This document shows, one piece after another, positions 38,426-47,230 of a stretch of DNA of 64,000 nucleotides. Positions within the stretch are counted from its first letter, which is position 1; each line of letters starts with the position of its first letter. The stretch comes from a virus: IMG/VR virus record IMGVR_UViG_3300024262_000017, positions 32,001 through 96,000 of that record. One strand, 5' to 3'. A program made the position numbers and the translations under genes. The notes under the pieces were generated by a model. That model was not told where the DNA came from and did not search any database. It worked only from the letters and a program-made list of their open reading frames with translations.

Positions 38426-38833
38426 TTATACTCCCGTGATGGGCGTTGAAGTAGAACCAATCCAATTGTCAGCGGAGTAGGTCTCCCAATCTGTAATCAA
38501 ATTTTGAAGACGCGTGATTTGAGTGTCGGCCTCTGCAGAAGCATCAGCCAGGTTCTCAAAGTCCAATGTGAAGGTGAATACCCTGTAAAATTCTTCTCCG
38601 GGGGGCACCGGTTCAGCTGGTTTCGCATTGGGGAAATTGAGGTAATCACCAAGGGTAACCACATGTTGATATGAATCAGTCGCTGAGTCCAACAAGAATA
38701 CCTGGGGTTCAGTGAACCCTGTCGTAGTAGAATCTACTACAACAACGGACAGTAACCGAAACCGGTAGTCACCATTGGGTGGGTCAATGTCCACAACTGT
38801 TTTGGTTTGTGTGATAGTAATCTGCGTTGCCAT
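38426..38833 (-). CDS. Small virion protein, paralogue of the downstream gene's N-domain
   Basis: AGGA RBS; promoter at 38887-38915. Confidence 0.65.
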   Translation of the reverse strand: MATQITITQTKTVVDIDPPNGDYRFRLLSVVVVDSTTTGFTEPQVFLLDSATDSYQHVVTLGDYLNFPNAKPAEPVPPGEEFYRVFTFTLDFENLADASAEADTQITRLQNLITDWETYSADNWIGSTSTPITGV

Positions 38834-38886
38834 GGGGCTTCCTTTTCCTTGGGGTAACGGTCGAAAAGGTTTATTATTCTTACATA

Positions 38887-38915
38887 ATGGTAGGACAGAC
38901 CAGAGCCCAAAGCAA
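38887..38915 (-). promoter_or_regulatory. Promoter TTGCTT-17-TACCAT
   Basis: Shared consensus; lies inside the start of the divergent RuvC gene. Confidence 0.55.
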
Positions 38916-39486
38916 GAAGGAAGTCTGCGTAGGAGGAATTGACCCCTCACTCAGGTTCACAGGTGTTTGTATCCTTCCTCCCACAGGAGAGCACATACTC
39001 CACTTGGTGAGCTTCCCTAAATACCGTGGTGCCAAGAGGCTACTGGCTATCCGAGAAGAAGTTGTGTCCATCCTTGAAGTCTACAACATTAGCTTGGTAG
39101 CATTTGAAGGCTACTCTTACAATTCTGTAGGGAAGTGGTTTGACCTTGGGGAAGTTGGCGGGGTTCTCAAAGTAGAACTTGCAATCCGAAACATTGAAAC
39201 CTTAGTTGTGCCTCCGGCTTCTCTGAAAAAGTTCGTCACCAATAATGGGCAAGCAGATAAAGACCGGATGGTGCGTGAGGTAAATGCCCATTACCTTTTC
39301 TCCCTTGCTGAACCTGTAACCAATGACAATCTAACTGACGCTGTTGGCCTCGCCCACTTCGCCCGCGTGGCTGACACTGGCGATAGCTCCCGGCGTTGTG
39401 AACTGGAAGCTGTGAAGAATTTGTACGAGGGGAGTACGAAGAAAAAGAAGAAGAAAACCTACAAAAAGTTCTGGGCGGCAATCTAA
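38887..39486 (+). CDS. ruvC: RuvC-like Holliday junction resolvase
   Basis: GIDPS, AFEGY, GEVGGV, LKKFVT.NG.ADK, DNLTDA. Confidence 0.88.
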   Translation: MVGQTRAQSKKEVCVGGIDPSLRFTGVCILPPTGEHILHLVSFPKYRGAKRLLAIREEVVSILEVYNISLVAFEGYSYNSVGKWFDLGEVGGVLKVELAIRNIETLVVPPASLKKFVTNNGQADKDRMVREVNAHYLFSLAEPVTNDNLTDAVGLAHFARVADTGDSSRRCELEAVKNLYEGSTKKKKKKTYKKFWAAI

Positions 39487-39824
39487 TGGATGACCGATGT
39501 GATGATGCTGTATCAACAGGGTATACGAAGAAAATCAAGTTCGGCTGTGGCAGCCTGTACCTGACCATCAACTTTGATGCTCAGCAGAAACCTTCGATGG
39601 TACTTGCACACCTGGGAAAGACAGGGTGTTGCGAACGTGCCCTCTTGGAGGCGTTGCTTCGGAGCTTGAACCGACACTTAGATGCAGGGACTTCTCTGAG
39701 CCAGGTTGTTCATGACCTGGTTGGCATACGCTGTGACAAAGGTATCTTAGGTGCAGGGCGCCTGTCTTGTGTTGATGCAATTGGACATGAGCTGAAAGCT
39801 TATATCGTGGAGGAGGACACATGA
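39486..39824 (+). CDS. Stand-alone TSCPD domain (class II RNR C-terminal-like)
   Basis: GCGSLYLTIN, GKTGCC, LVGIRC, SCVDAIG. Confidence 0.7.
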   Translation: MDDRCDDAVSTGYTKKIKFGCGSLYLTINFDAQQKPSMVLAHLGKTGCCERALLEALLRSLNRHLDAGTSLSQVVHDLVGIRCDKGILGAGRLSCVDAIGHELKAYIVEEDT

Positions 39825-40030
39825 TTTTTGAATGCGCCAAGTGCAAGGAAGTTTTTGAAGCTGGCAATGGTGTCCAAATAGTAGTCCACGAAAAAACAAT
39901 CGGAAGAATTTGTCCTGCTTGCATGGCAGGCGCACAAACTATCCAGTTGATTTTACAGCAAAAATCTCCTGGCCAAGCTTACACGCTGGAGTATATAGAC
40001 GTCACTCCAAGAGAGGAGTTTACTGAGTAA
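39821..40030 (+). CDS. Small Zn-finger protein
   Basis: CAKC...CPAC; GGAGG RBS. Confidence 0.6.
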   Translation: MIFECAKCKEVFEAGNGVQIVVHEKTIGRICPACMAGAQTIQLILQQKSPGQAYTLEYIDVTPREEFTE

Positions 40031-40318
40031 ATGCCAAAAAACGTTGAGACACGCCTGGGCCTGACCCCCATGTTCAAGCGCCTGGCTTATCATTTCTTGC
40101 TGAAAGGAATCGGCCGGCACCCAATCAGACACAGCTTGTATGATGAAGTTGAGGTGGCGGAACTCTACCCGTGGCAAACAAACCCCGAGCGCACAGATGA
40201 GTATGGCGCAGGGATAATCGTTACGTTCTTCAATCAGGGCAGCCGAATCAGGTGGACCGAGTTCTCGGTCAGGTATTCTGGAGGCGGAGGAAATCCAGCC
40301 ATCTTCCAAATTCAATGA
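40031..40318 (+). CDS. Hypothetical protein
   Basis: GAGGAG RBS; operon context. Confidence 0.6.
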   Translation: MPKNVETRLGLTPMFKRLAYHFLLKGIGRHPIRHSLYDEVEVAELYPWQTNPERTDEYGAGIIVTFFNQGSRIRWTEFSVRYSGGGGNPAIFQIQ

Positions 40319-40380
40319 AGTAGATTTAGCGAGAGGCGAAGCCGACACTCTAACACTCAACATCTAAGAGGGGTCTTTAC

Positions 40381-40557
40381 ATGGATATACGTGTCCTTGC
40401 GCTTCGTACCGTAACACTGTGTGCTGTTCATTTTGGTAGTAAAATTTTGAACCACACTATCAAAGAGCTGGAACGAATGTCCTCTCACCACGAGAGAAAG
40501 AAAAAAAGAAAGCATCAAAAACCTGTATTCCGAGTCCTGATTGGTGGTAGGAAGTAG
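40381..40557 (+). CDS. 58-aa basic protein (not in ORF track)
   Basis: MDIRVLALRT...RKKKRKHQKPVFRVLIGGRK; GAGGGG RBS; terminator follows. Confidence 0.5.
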   Translation: MDIRVLALRTVTLCAVHFGSKILNHTIKELERMSSHHERKKKRKHQKPVFRVLIGGRK

Positions 40558-40564
40558 TAGAGGG

Positions 40565-40591
40565 AGCGCACGGAGACGTGCGCTTTTTTTT
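40565..40591 (+). terminator. Intrinsic terminator
   Basis: AGCGCAC-GGAGAC-GTGCGCT followed by a T run. Confidence 0.8.
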
Positions 40592-40594
40592 AGC

Positions 40595-41077
40595 TCAACG
40601 AGAACCCACGTAAAAGCCTATGCCAAAGCCTGCAGTAGCCAGCACCACCGTGCCTGTAATAATCCAGGGCAAATAGTTCCAAACACTTCGAGCTTCTGCT
40701 TTCTTCAGTGCAACCGTGGTGTCTTCTAAGACCTTTTGTTTCTCTGCATTTCGTTCTTCCAAACGATCAATGGCTCTTCCGACAAGAGTGTTGGCTTCGC
40801 TCAACTTTTGGTAAGCCAAGTCCACATCTGCATACTTCAACTTCAGTCCTTCAAATTCTTTGAGCTGAAGTTGTAGGTCCAAGTCAAGTTTGACAATCGT
40901 TTGAGCTGTTGTGAAATCGTAACACGCAAACTGAGGTGCCGGCTCTGAACCACACTCCATGCGTTCCCACATGGGAAAGATTTTCATCTCTGCCGGAGCA
41001 ACGATAGCAAAGAAGAAGACCAAGAAAAAACTACTTACGGCCAGCTTCTTCTTCCAACTGTTTCCAGTCTTGTGCAT
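40595..41077 (-). CDS. Exported coiled-coil protein with C-terminal TM helix (spanin-like)
   Basis: N-terminal signal, coiled coil, LPWIITGTVVLATAGFGIGFYVG. Confidence 0.55.
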   Translation of the reverse strand: MHKTGNSWKKKLAVSSFFLVFFFAIVAPAEMKIFPMWERMECGSEPAPQFACYDFTTAQTIVKLDLDLQLQLKEFEGLKLKYADVDLAYQKLSEANTLVGRAIDRLEERNAEKQKVLEDTTVALKKAEARSVWNYLPWIITGTVVLATAGFGIGFYVGSR

Positions 41078-41405
41078 TGTCTACCCTCTTCTTGGCTTCT
41101 TCGATTTCTTTTTTGGCAACGATAAGTCGGGTGTCAATTTCGGCAGCTTGCGCCCGAAGCCGCTCTGCTTCTTCCCTCAACGCCCGCGCAAGATTCTCGT
41201 CAGTCTCATTGGCTGCCTTCGTTTCTGCGTCTTTGACGCGTTCGTCCGCGAGTTGCTTTTCAGCTTCGAGCACGGCCACCTTGTCAGCTTGGCGTTTGAG
41301 ATACCAGATAAGCACTGCTAAACCAATAGCAATGAGCACCCCCAGGATCCATTTCCACACCTGGCTGTCTGTCTTCTTTACTTTCTCGACAAGCGAGTCA
41401 AGCAT
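41031..41405 (-). CDS. N-terminal TM plus coiled coil (i-spanin-like)
   Basis: WILGVLIAIGLAVLIWYL followed by a charged coiled coil; overlaps the next gene. Confidence 0.55.
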   Translation of the reverse strand: MLDSLVEKVKKTDSQVWKWILGVLIAIGLAVLIWYLKRQADKVAVLEAEKQLADERVKDAETKAANETDENLARALREEAERLRAQAAEIDTRLIVAKKEIEEAKKRVDNAQDWKQLEEEAGRK

Positions 41406-41413
41406 GGGAACTC

Positions 41414-44400
41414 CTAGTGTGTGGTGGCGCTACTGTACCAGTTGTTGCTCGTCCAAGTACACGCACCGGGAATACCAACACCAATGTTGTTGCTCGTGCC
41501 TGGCATACTAACTGCGTTGGCAGTAGCTTTTTGAAACACATTCCCAGAGAGACCTAAGAAGCAGTTGTTCTCCACGTACAACGCAGTGCCAGTACCAGTA
41601 ACGTTGTTTCCTGTTACAACACCATACTCTGTTGAAGCCGCGGAATGTATCCATATACCGTAAGTGGTGCTGACAATGGTGTTCCCAACAATGGCATACC
41701 TATCAGCGCCTGCATTAATACGAATCCCTGCAATGCTTCCAGTTATTGTACACCCAGAGATAGTCACATCATCTCCGGTAACCAGAACGGCATAGGTGGA
41801 TGCAGATGTGATTGTAATGGTGTTACCTACGAACGTTATATTGTTGGCGTCTAAGTAAGCACCAAAACCGTTACAGACATTTTGAGAGATGGTAGCACGG
41901 TCAGAATCGGCTACCCAGATGGCATAAAATTCACCAGTAAAAGCTGCCGAGGTTGGTGTGATGACATTTCCAGAAATGCGAATGTCTTCTGAATCATATA
42001 CACGAATTCCATGGTATTCAAATGGGGCGAGGATGTCATTGTTACTAATTTGCACAGCTGACCTAACACTACCACCAGATACACCGACTTCAATACACAC
42101 AAAGTTTGCACCTGTAAGTGTACCAGCGTAACCTACAATGGTATTGCCATTGATTCGAGTGTGGTCACCCCCATCACCAATCCGAATGCCATAGTGTTTT
42201 GTGATACCAGACGTAGCATTGTGTCCAAAACTACCGAGAACATTGTTCTCAATGCAAACACCATCATCTCCATAAATACCACACAGTTTTCTGTTCAACC
42301 ACAACTGGTTATCACGGATGATGAGAGGCTTCGTACCCCCCGACACTTCAATCGCATACATTTCTTCAACGTCTTGCGCGTAAGTGCTTCCAAAATAGTT
42401 GCCTTCAATACTTCCCAACCTATTATTAGATATACTGCCTTTTATGAAACCACCATTTGCAGCGATAATTTGGTTTCGAAGAACAGTGATTTCCATTTGA
42501 TCAGACGTGCCCAAGTTGATAAGAAACCTGTCGTTTGAACTGTCAGAATAAACACCATCAACAATACGGCACCCAATGATTCGTAGTGTTTGGTATCGTG
42601 CTGAAGGAGACCCCACTGAAACCAACTGTAGGAAATTATTGATGCGACAGTTTTCAACATGCAACACTGATGGATATTGTTGAGGGGTAACAGCATGCGT
42701 TACAAATTCGAATGTCGGACGCGTCTGTGCTTGGCCTTCAACTGTACAGTCAAACAAATACAGTGTTCCGCGAACAAGGAAGGCCACTTCTGCACCAGTA
42801 CTATGAGTTTGGAAGAAACAATTTCTGAATGTAACCGGCATGTTTTCTGGTTCGTCAGTCGCACTTACTAACGTAACCGTATCTATAGAGACCAATTGCT
42901 GGTCATAGTTTGCAAGGATAGACACATCTTGAAAGAGCAATCCTGGTTGACGCTGGGCAGTCTCTCCTACAACTGAGATGACTGCAGAAACGTCATTAAT
43001 GCCGGTGATGCTGTGACCATTTCCCAACACCCTTGTGCCAGGTGCAACGCTGGTGATGGTTACATTCTCTACCAAGTCTGCAACGAGAATTGCATCACCG
43101 CCACCCAGGGCTGCTAAAGCAATCACTGCGGCACTCAAGCTTACATAATCATGCTTGGCTGCGTCATCTCCAACTGTCACAACTGGACGGTCAGTGATGT
43201 GTAAGTAAGGGTGGCGATACCCCATAGTGCTACCATCAATGTGGTCATCAGTAGCGTCAGCAAGCTCACCTAGCTGAGCACCAACGTCAGTTCCAGACAG
43301 TGTAAACTTGTCACGTACTTTCGAAGCTGTCGTGATGTGTCCTTCAGCATGCTTATCTAAGGGGCCATCTCCGGCGTTGACATGAGCATTGTAATGGCCC
43401 AACATTTCAACAAGCTGAGACCCAGGCGAACCAACGGACAAAGACCGCGGGCTGTCTGTCCTTACAACGGCAGTGATGTCTGTGTCTGAATGTTGAAAAT
43501 TCGGCACAGTTGCATCCATGTGACGGTCAATGGTCTTGAGCAGTTCACTGATGTGAGTGCGAACCTCACTCGCGGCAGGCAGCGTAACAGGTAGTGTCGT
43601 AACGGCGGGATCCCCAGTACCAGCATGAGCTTCAGCTGTGATGTCTGCATCTGCGTGCTGGTCAGCAGTCCCAGCAATGTGAGCTTCATACTCAGCACGC
43701 AGCTCAGAAACATCACCTGGGTCTGGTATCAAGCGCCCCGGTTTCCCTGACTCAAACATGACTCCGCTCAAGAAATAAAGGTTACCGTCGAATACTTTGC
43801 AAATAGGCACCATATGCCGGCGTTCAAACAGCCACGTATCCCTGTCTGGGACAGCAACACTGGTCAACTTTTTCAGCATCCCAGTCATCGTTGAGTCAGT
43901 TTGATTGTTGAGTCGGTCATCAGCGCCGGTAAAATTAACGACGAGGACATCACCTTCACCTAGTTCATTTCCTGCTGTAGCAAAAAACGAAGAGAGTGTT
44001 ATGTTGTCAATCTTAATTCCTTCAGGGTCCATGGCACCATAGCTGTGGTAAATGTTACCCAGCCCATCATCATAGATGTCGCCATCACCGAAACGTCGTT
44101 GGGTTACTTCTGCAGTGCAATCACCAGCTGCCAATACTAAAGTTTTTGTTCCTCCGGTATTGATGTAGGTATCATGAGTACCAGCAGCTTGGAGAGCAGC
44201 GATGATATCCGCTGCAGTATTTCCACCCAGTTCCATCTCGATGACAATAATCACTGGGCCATCAGCGGGGAAGGTTGGTCCAACTTCAGAAGCACCTTCA
44301 ACACTGATGACTACACCACCGGTAGTGCGAGTACTCTCATCCACTCGAACAAATACGTTGTTGGCACCACTTCGACGACCAGCAATAACATCCCCGTGGT

Positions 44401-44827
44401 CGCGAAGCGTGGCATTTGTTTCAATGGTGAACGCCCCTCCACCCACTGCATCATAGTACACATAAGTAGCTGGTACGCTAGACCCGGGAGCTCCACCACC
44501 ACCTTCAGCTAGAGACAGCAATGGGATGATGTAAAAGTCACGTGCCGCAGGTGTGCCACCATTGTCGTTCACATCAAACTTACCTGTGACACTATCCCAA
44601 GCAACATGAGCATCAACATCAGCCATGATGGTGAGTGCACGGTCAGAAGCGGCAGTAGCTTCTAAGAGGTCATACTGCTTGCGCACATCTTCAGTACGTG
44701 TGCGTAAGTTTTCCGAAGGGCGCTCGAAGGTATCCTCGTTCGCATCTTCTCCGTTCTTGACCGGTTGGATAGCTTCTTTGTAATTGAAACCCGTGTCTTT
44801 ATTCTGAACGTAATAGTCGAGCGGCAT
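41414..44827 (-). CDS. Tail fibre/spike with C-terminal right-handed beta-helix (depolymerase-like)
   Basis: Repeated I.GN.I/ISNN strands in the C-half; His-pair repeats in the shaft. Confidence 0.75.
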   Translation of the reverse strand: MPLDYYVQNKDTGFNYKEAIQPVKNGEDANEDTFERPSENLRTRTEDVRKQYDLLEATAASDRALTIMADVDAHVAWDSVTGKFDVNDNGGTPAARDFYIIPLLSLAEGGGGAPGSSVPATYVYYDAVGGGAFTIETNATLRDHGDVIAGRRSGANNVFVRVDESTRTTGGVVISVEGASEVGPTFPADGPVIIVIEMELGGNTAADIIAALQAAGTHDTYINTGGTKTLVLAAGDCTAEVTQRRFGDGDIYDDGLGNIYHSYGAMDPEGIKIDNITLSSFFATAGNELGEGDVLVVNFTGADDRLNNQTDSTMTGMLKKLTSVAVPDRDTWLFERRHMVPICKVFDGNLYFLSGVMFESGKPGRLIPDPGDVSELRAEYEAHIAGTADQHADADITAEAHAGTGDPAVTTLPVTLPAASEVRTHISELLKTIDRHMDATVPNFQHSDTDITAVVRTDSPRSLSVGSPGSQLVEMLGHYNAHVNAGDGPLDKHAEGHITTASKVRDKFTLSGTDVGAQLGELADATDDHIDGSTMGYRHPYLHITDRPVVTVGDDAAKHDYVSLSAAVIALAALGGGDAILVADLVENVTITSVAPGTRVLGNGHSITGINDVSAVISVVGETAQRQPGLLFQDVSILANYDQQLVSIDTVTLVSATDEPENMPVTFRNCFFQTHSTGAEVAFLVRGTLYLFDCTVEGQAQTRPTFEFVTHAVTPQQYPSVLHVENCRINNFLQLVSVGSPSARYQTLRIIGCRIVDGVYSDSSNDRFLINLGTSDQMEITVLRNQIIAANGGFIKGSISNNRLGSIEGNYFGSTYAQDVEEMYAIEVSGGTKPLIIRDNQLWLNRKLCGIYGDDGVCIENNVLGSFGHNATSGITKHYGIRIGDGGDHTRINGNTIVGYAGTLTGANFVCIEVGVSGGSVRSAVQISNNDILAPFEYHGIRVYDSEDIRISGNVITPTSAAFTGEFYAIWVADSDRATISQNVCNGFGAYLDANNITFVGNTITITSASTYAVLVTGDDVTISGCTITGSIAGIRINAGADRYAIVGNTIVSTTYGIWIHSAASTEYGVVTGNNVTGTGTALYVENNCFLGLSGNVFQKATANAVSMPGTSNNIGVGIPGACTWTSNNWYSSATTH

Positions 44828-44842
44828 GTAAGTTCCCTCTTT

Positions 44843-45352
44843 CTACGACAGGATCTGGAAGCGCCAAGTGTATTCGATGGAGATTGAACTGGTTTTTTCA
44901 AGCTGACCGTGAAGCTGTCTTGCATACATCAATACTCCAGTAATACCTACAGCCGTAGGGTCATCGTTATTACCACGAGAAAAAAGGCCTATCTCCTGAT
45001 AAGTGTAGCCATTACCTTCCCCTGATTCAATCGTCATTTGACATTCAATTTCACCAGTAGAAAGGTTGACTGAGAAAGGTTGGTCACAGGCTTTTTTGAA
45101 AGCCACCACATCCAACGTAGTATCATTGACATCGGGTGAGGTAGAACCTGTGCCTGCATAGATAGCCCAGATTTTTGTTTCTTCATAGTCATCTGGCGTG
45201 GTTGCCTGTGAAATGAGCCTGGTTATAGCTTGTCGAGCTCCAATGCATACGAGGTTTGATTTCTCTTCTCGATAGAGCTCAGCACCACTCACTGCGTCCA
45301 GAACACGAACACACACATGACCTTTGAGTTTAACATTGTCTACGAATTGCAT
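44843..45352 (-). CDS. Tail fibre/baseplate attachment protein
   Basis: N.V...AGTG....D..L...EGNG..YQEIGLF...K.....EYTW.F pattern. Confidence 0.7.
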   Translation of the reverse strand: MQFVDNVKLKGHVCVRVLDAVSGAELYREEKSNLVCIGARQAITRLISQATTPDDYEETKIWAIYAGTGSTSPDVNDTTLDVVAFKKACDQPFSVNLSTGEIECQMTIESGEGNGYTYQEIGLFSRGNNDDPTAVGITGVLMYARQLHGQLEKTSSISIEYTWRFQILS

Positions 45353-45369
45353 TCTGTTCTCCTGGCAGA

Positions 45370-45398
45370 ATAGTAGGACGCTCTGCGTACCGAATCAA
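45370..45398 (-). promoter_or_regulatory. Promoter TTGATT-17-TACTAT
   Basis: Shared consensus. Confidence 0.65.
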
Positions 45399-45405
45399 GG
45401 AATTC

Positions 45406-47229
45406 CTAGTAAACCTGAATTTGAACACCCCAGTCAATAGCACTCAGGCGTTCATGCCCATTTTCGCAGGCGTAAAGAGTCCAGTCATCGTTGTCAGCAG
45501 CCAAAGCAGCATCTAATAAAACAACTTGAGCTGATTGAATGCCAATAATCTCATGGTATTCATTACCTGTTGAGCCCTTCCGAACCCAACGTCCCACGTC
45601 CCCAAAATCAAACACGTCAGCCCCAACATCGAGGGTGTTTGTTGGTACCACTCCTCCCCAGTCTCCTACACCAGTGGCTAGTTCTCGTACTCGATGAGTT
45701 GGGTCAATACCCCCAAGAGAAATTGGGGTCTTTCCATTTTCAAATCGAGTAACAATTGGGTCGGTGAGTTCATTCTTTACAGTGATACCCCCGACAGAAT
45801 AGTAGTAGTAGTCACCAATTTTCCAAGACTTCTCCCCTACCTTGAGGCTCCCATCTATGGCTGACATCTGTTCCGTGTACAGTACCGAAGCCTTGATATC
45901 CACGTCAGTACTGTCATCCTGTGCAATGTATATTCGGTCAGAGAAAACAAGGCCAGGCTCCAGATATAAAAGGGTATACGCTGACTTCCCCACAAGAATG
46001 ATTTGCCGAACATCTAAATCAAGCCTTGGAAATGGTAGGATATCACTAAGCAGCACCTGGCTATCAAACACAACAGCAAAAGTGTGATGCCGCAAGAACC
46101 GTTCGAAGACGACATAGGAAAACAGATGTCGGAAAGATGGACGCCCTGACACTGGCACGAAGCCATCATCGTCTGCGCCTACAAAGAACCCGGGGTCGCC
46201 AATCTTCACAAGGCCCGGGGGGTTATTTACTTGGTTTTCATATAAGTCTGGGTCTACTACCCGCCGACTCTTTGATTCATCTGGGAGAATGGTGGGTGGG
46301 ACGGTAGTGTCAAACCACCACGTTGGGTCTTGGATGTAATCGTAGACAGAGAACACTTTAGACAGGTGTTCAAAAGAAATGAACTCTAATGTTCCCCAGT
46401 TACTTTCATCCAACACATCATCTCGCAAGGGTATCAATACATCAAATTGATAGCGTCGTTCATTCGTCACTACTACCTGGTACCGCACGTCTGAGGTGTC
46501 TACGCTTTGAAGGATTTCTCCATCTTCTCGAATAACAGGTAAGCCAATGATGACATTCAAGGCACTCGTCAGGTGCTGCACTGTGGGGCCGAGCACGAAG
46601 TATTGAATGACACCTTGAATGAGTGCCCGGTAGGCTTCCGATGAAGGCTCAAAACGTTTAATCAGATACCCATAAGTAAGGTACATATCATACTGGTCAA
46701 TTTGGGTATCAGGAATCCAGATAGCCAATTCTCGTTCTGTATGAATTGTTCCATCATCATCCACCACCCGGACAACACGCGAAGCCATACCTGGGATTGG
46801 GTTCCCCGCACCATCCCAATCAAACGGGTCATCATTGAATACTAGATAATCTTCTTCTCCACTGCTATCGACACTAAAGTCGATGTTCTTTTCCAAGATA
46901 GTAGTAGGGTCGAATATCTTGTTGTACAAAAAGGAAGCACCCTTGATTGGGTAGGAAGTTACTTCAAACAAAAATTTACTATCACTCGGTCGGTAGGTAA
47001 CGTGGTCTTCACGCACCGTGATGAGCTTGAAAAACTCCTTCTGAAACACAGGTATTTCTCGTGCAGAAATGTTGAGGATGCTTGATACCAATTCCAAATA
47101 GGCCTGTCCAATGAGTATCTCAGTACCTTCATACATCGCACGAATTTGTTCGTGGTCTTTGAAGAACCGAGTCCAAAGATCGCTAAGACCATGGATGAAA
47201 TTGGTCTTGCTCTCAGAAATGTTGGCCAT
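45406..47229 (-). CDS. Baseplate wedge-associated protein
   Basis: Follows the baseplate J-like gene; GPT...L.SALN...GLP. Confidence 0.6.
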   Translation of the reverse strand: MANISESKTNFIHGLSDLWTRFFKDHEQIRAMYEGTEILIGQAYLELVSSILNISAREIPVFQKEFFKLITVREDHVTYRPSDSKFLFEVTSYPIKGASFLYNKIFDPTTILEKNIDFSVDSSGEEDYLVFNDDPFDWDGAGNPIPGMASRVVRVVDDDGTIHTERELAIWIPDTQIDQYDMYLTYGYLIKRFEPSSEAYRALIQGVIQYFVLGPTVQHLTSALNVIIGLPVIREDGEILQSVDTSDVRYQVVVTNERRYQFDVLIPLRDDVLDESNWGTLEFISFEHLSKVFSVYDYIQDPTWWFDTTVPPTILPDESKSRRVVDPDLYENQVNNPPGLVKIGDPGFFVGADDDGFVPVSGRPSFRHLFSYVVFERFLRHHTFAVVFDSQVLLSDILPFPRLDLDVRQIILVGKSAYTLLYLEPGLVFSDRIYIAQDDSTDVDIKASVLYTEQMSAIDGSLKVGEKSWKIGDYYYYSVGGITVKNELTDPIVTRFENGKTPISLGGIDPTHRVRELATGVGDWGGVVPTNTLDVGADVFDFGDVGRWVRKGSTGNEYHEIIGIQSAQVVLLDAALAADNDDWTLYACENGHERLSAIDWGVQIQVY

Positions 47230-47230
47230 A

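Noticed and set aside
40319-40370. TTAGCGAGAGG resembling, from memory, the retron Ec86 branch-point context
   Set aside because: No matching a1 arm or long hairpin downstream; likely chance.
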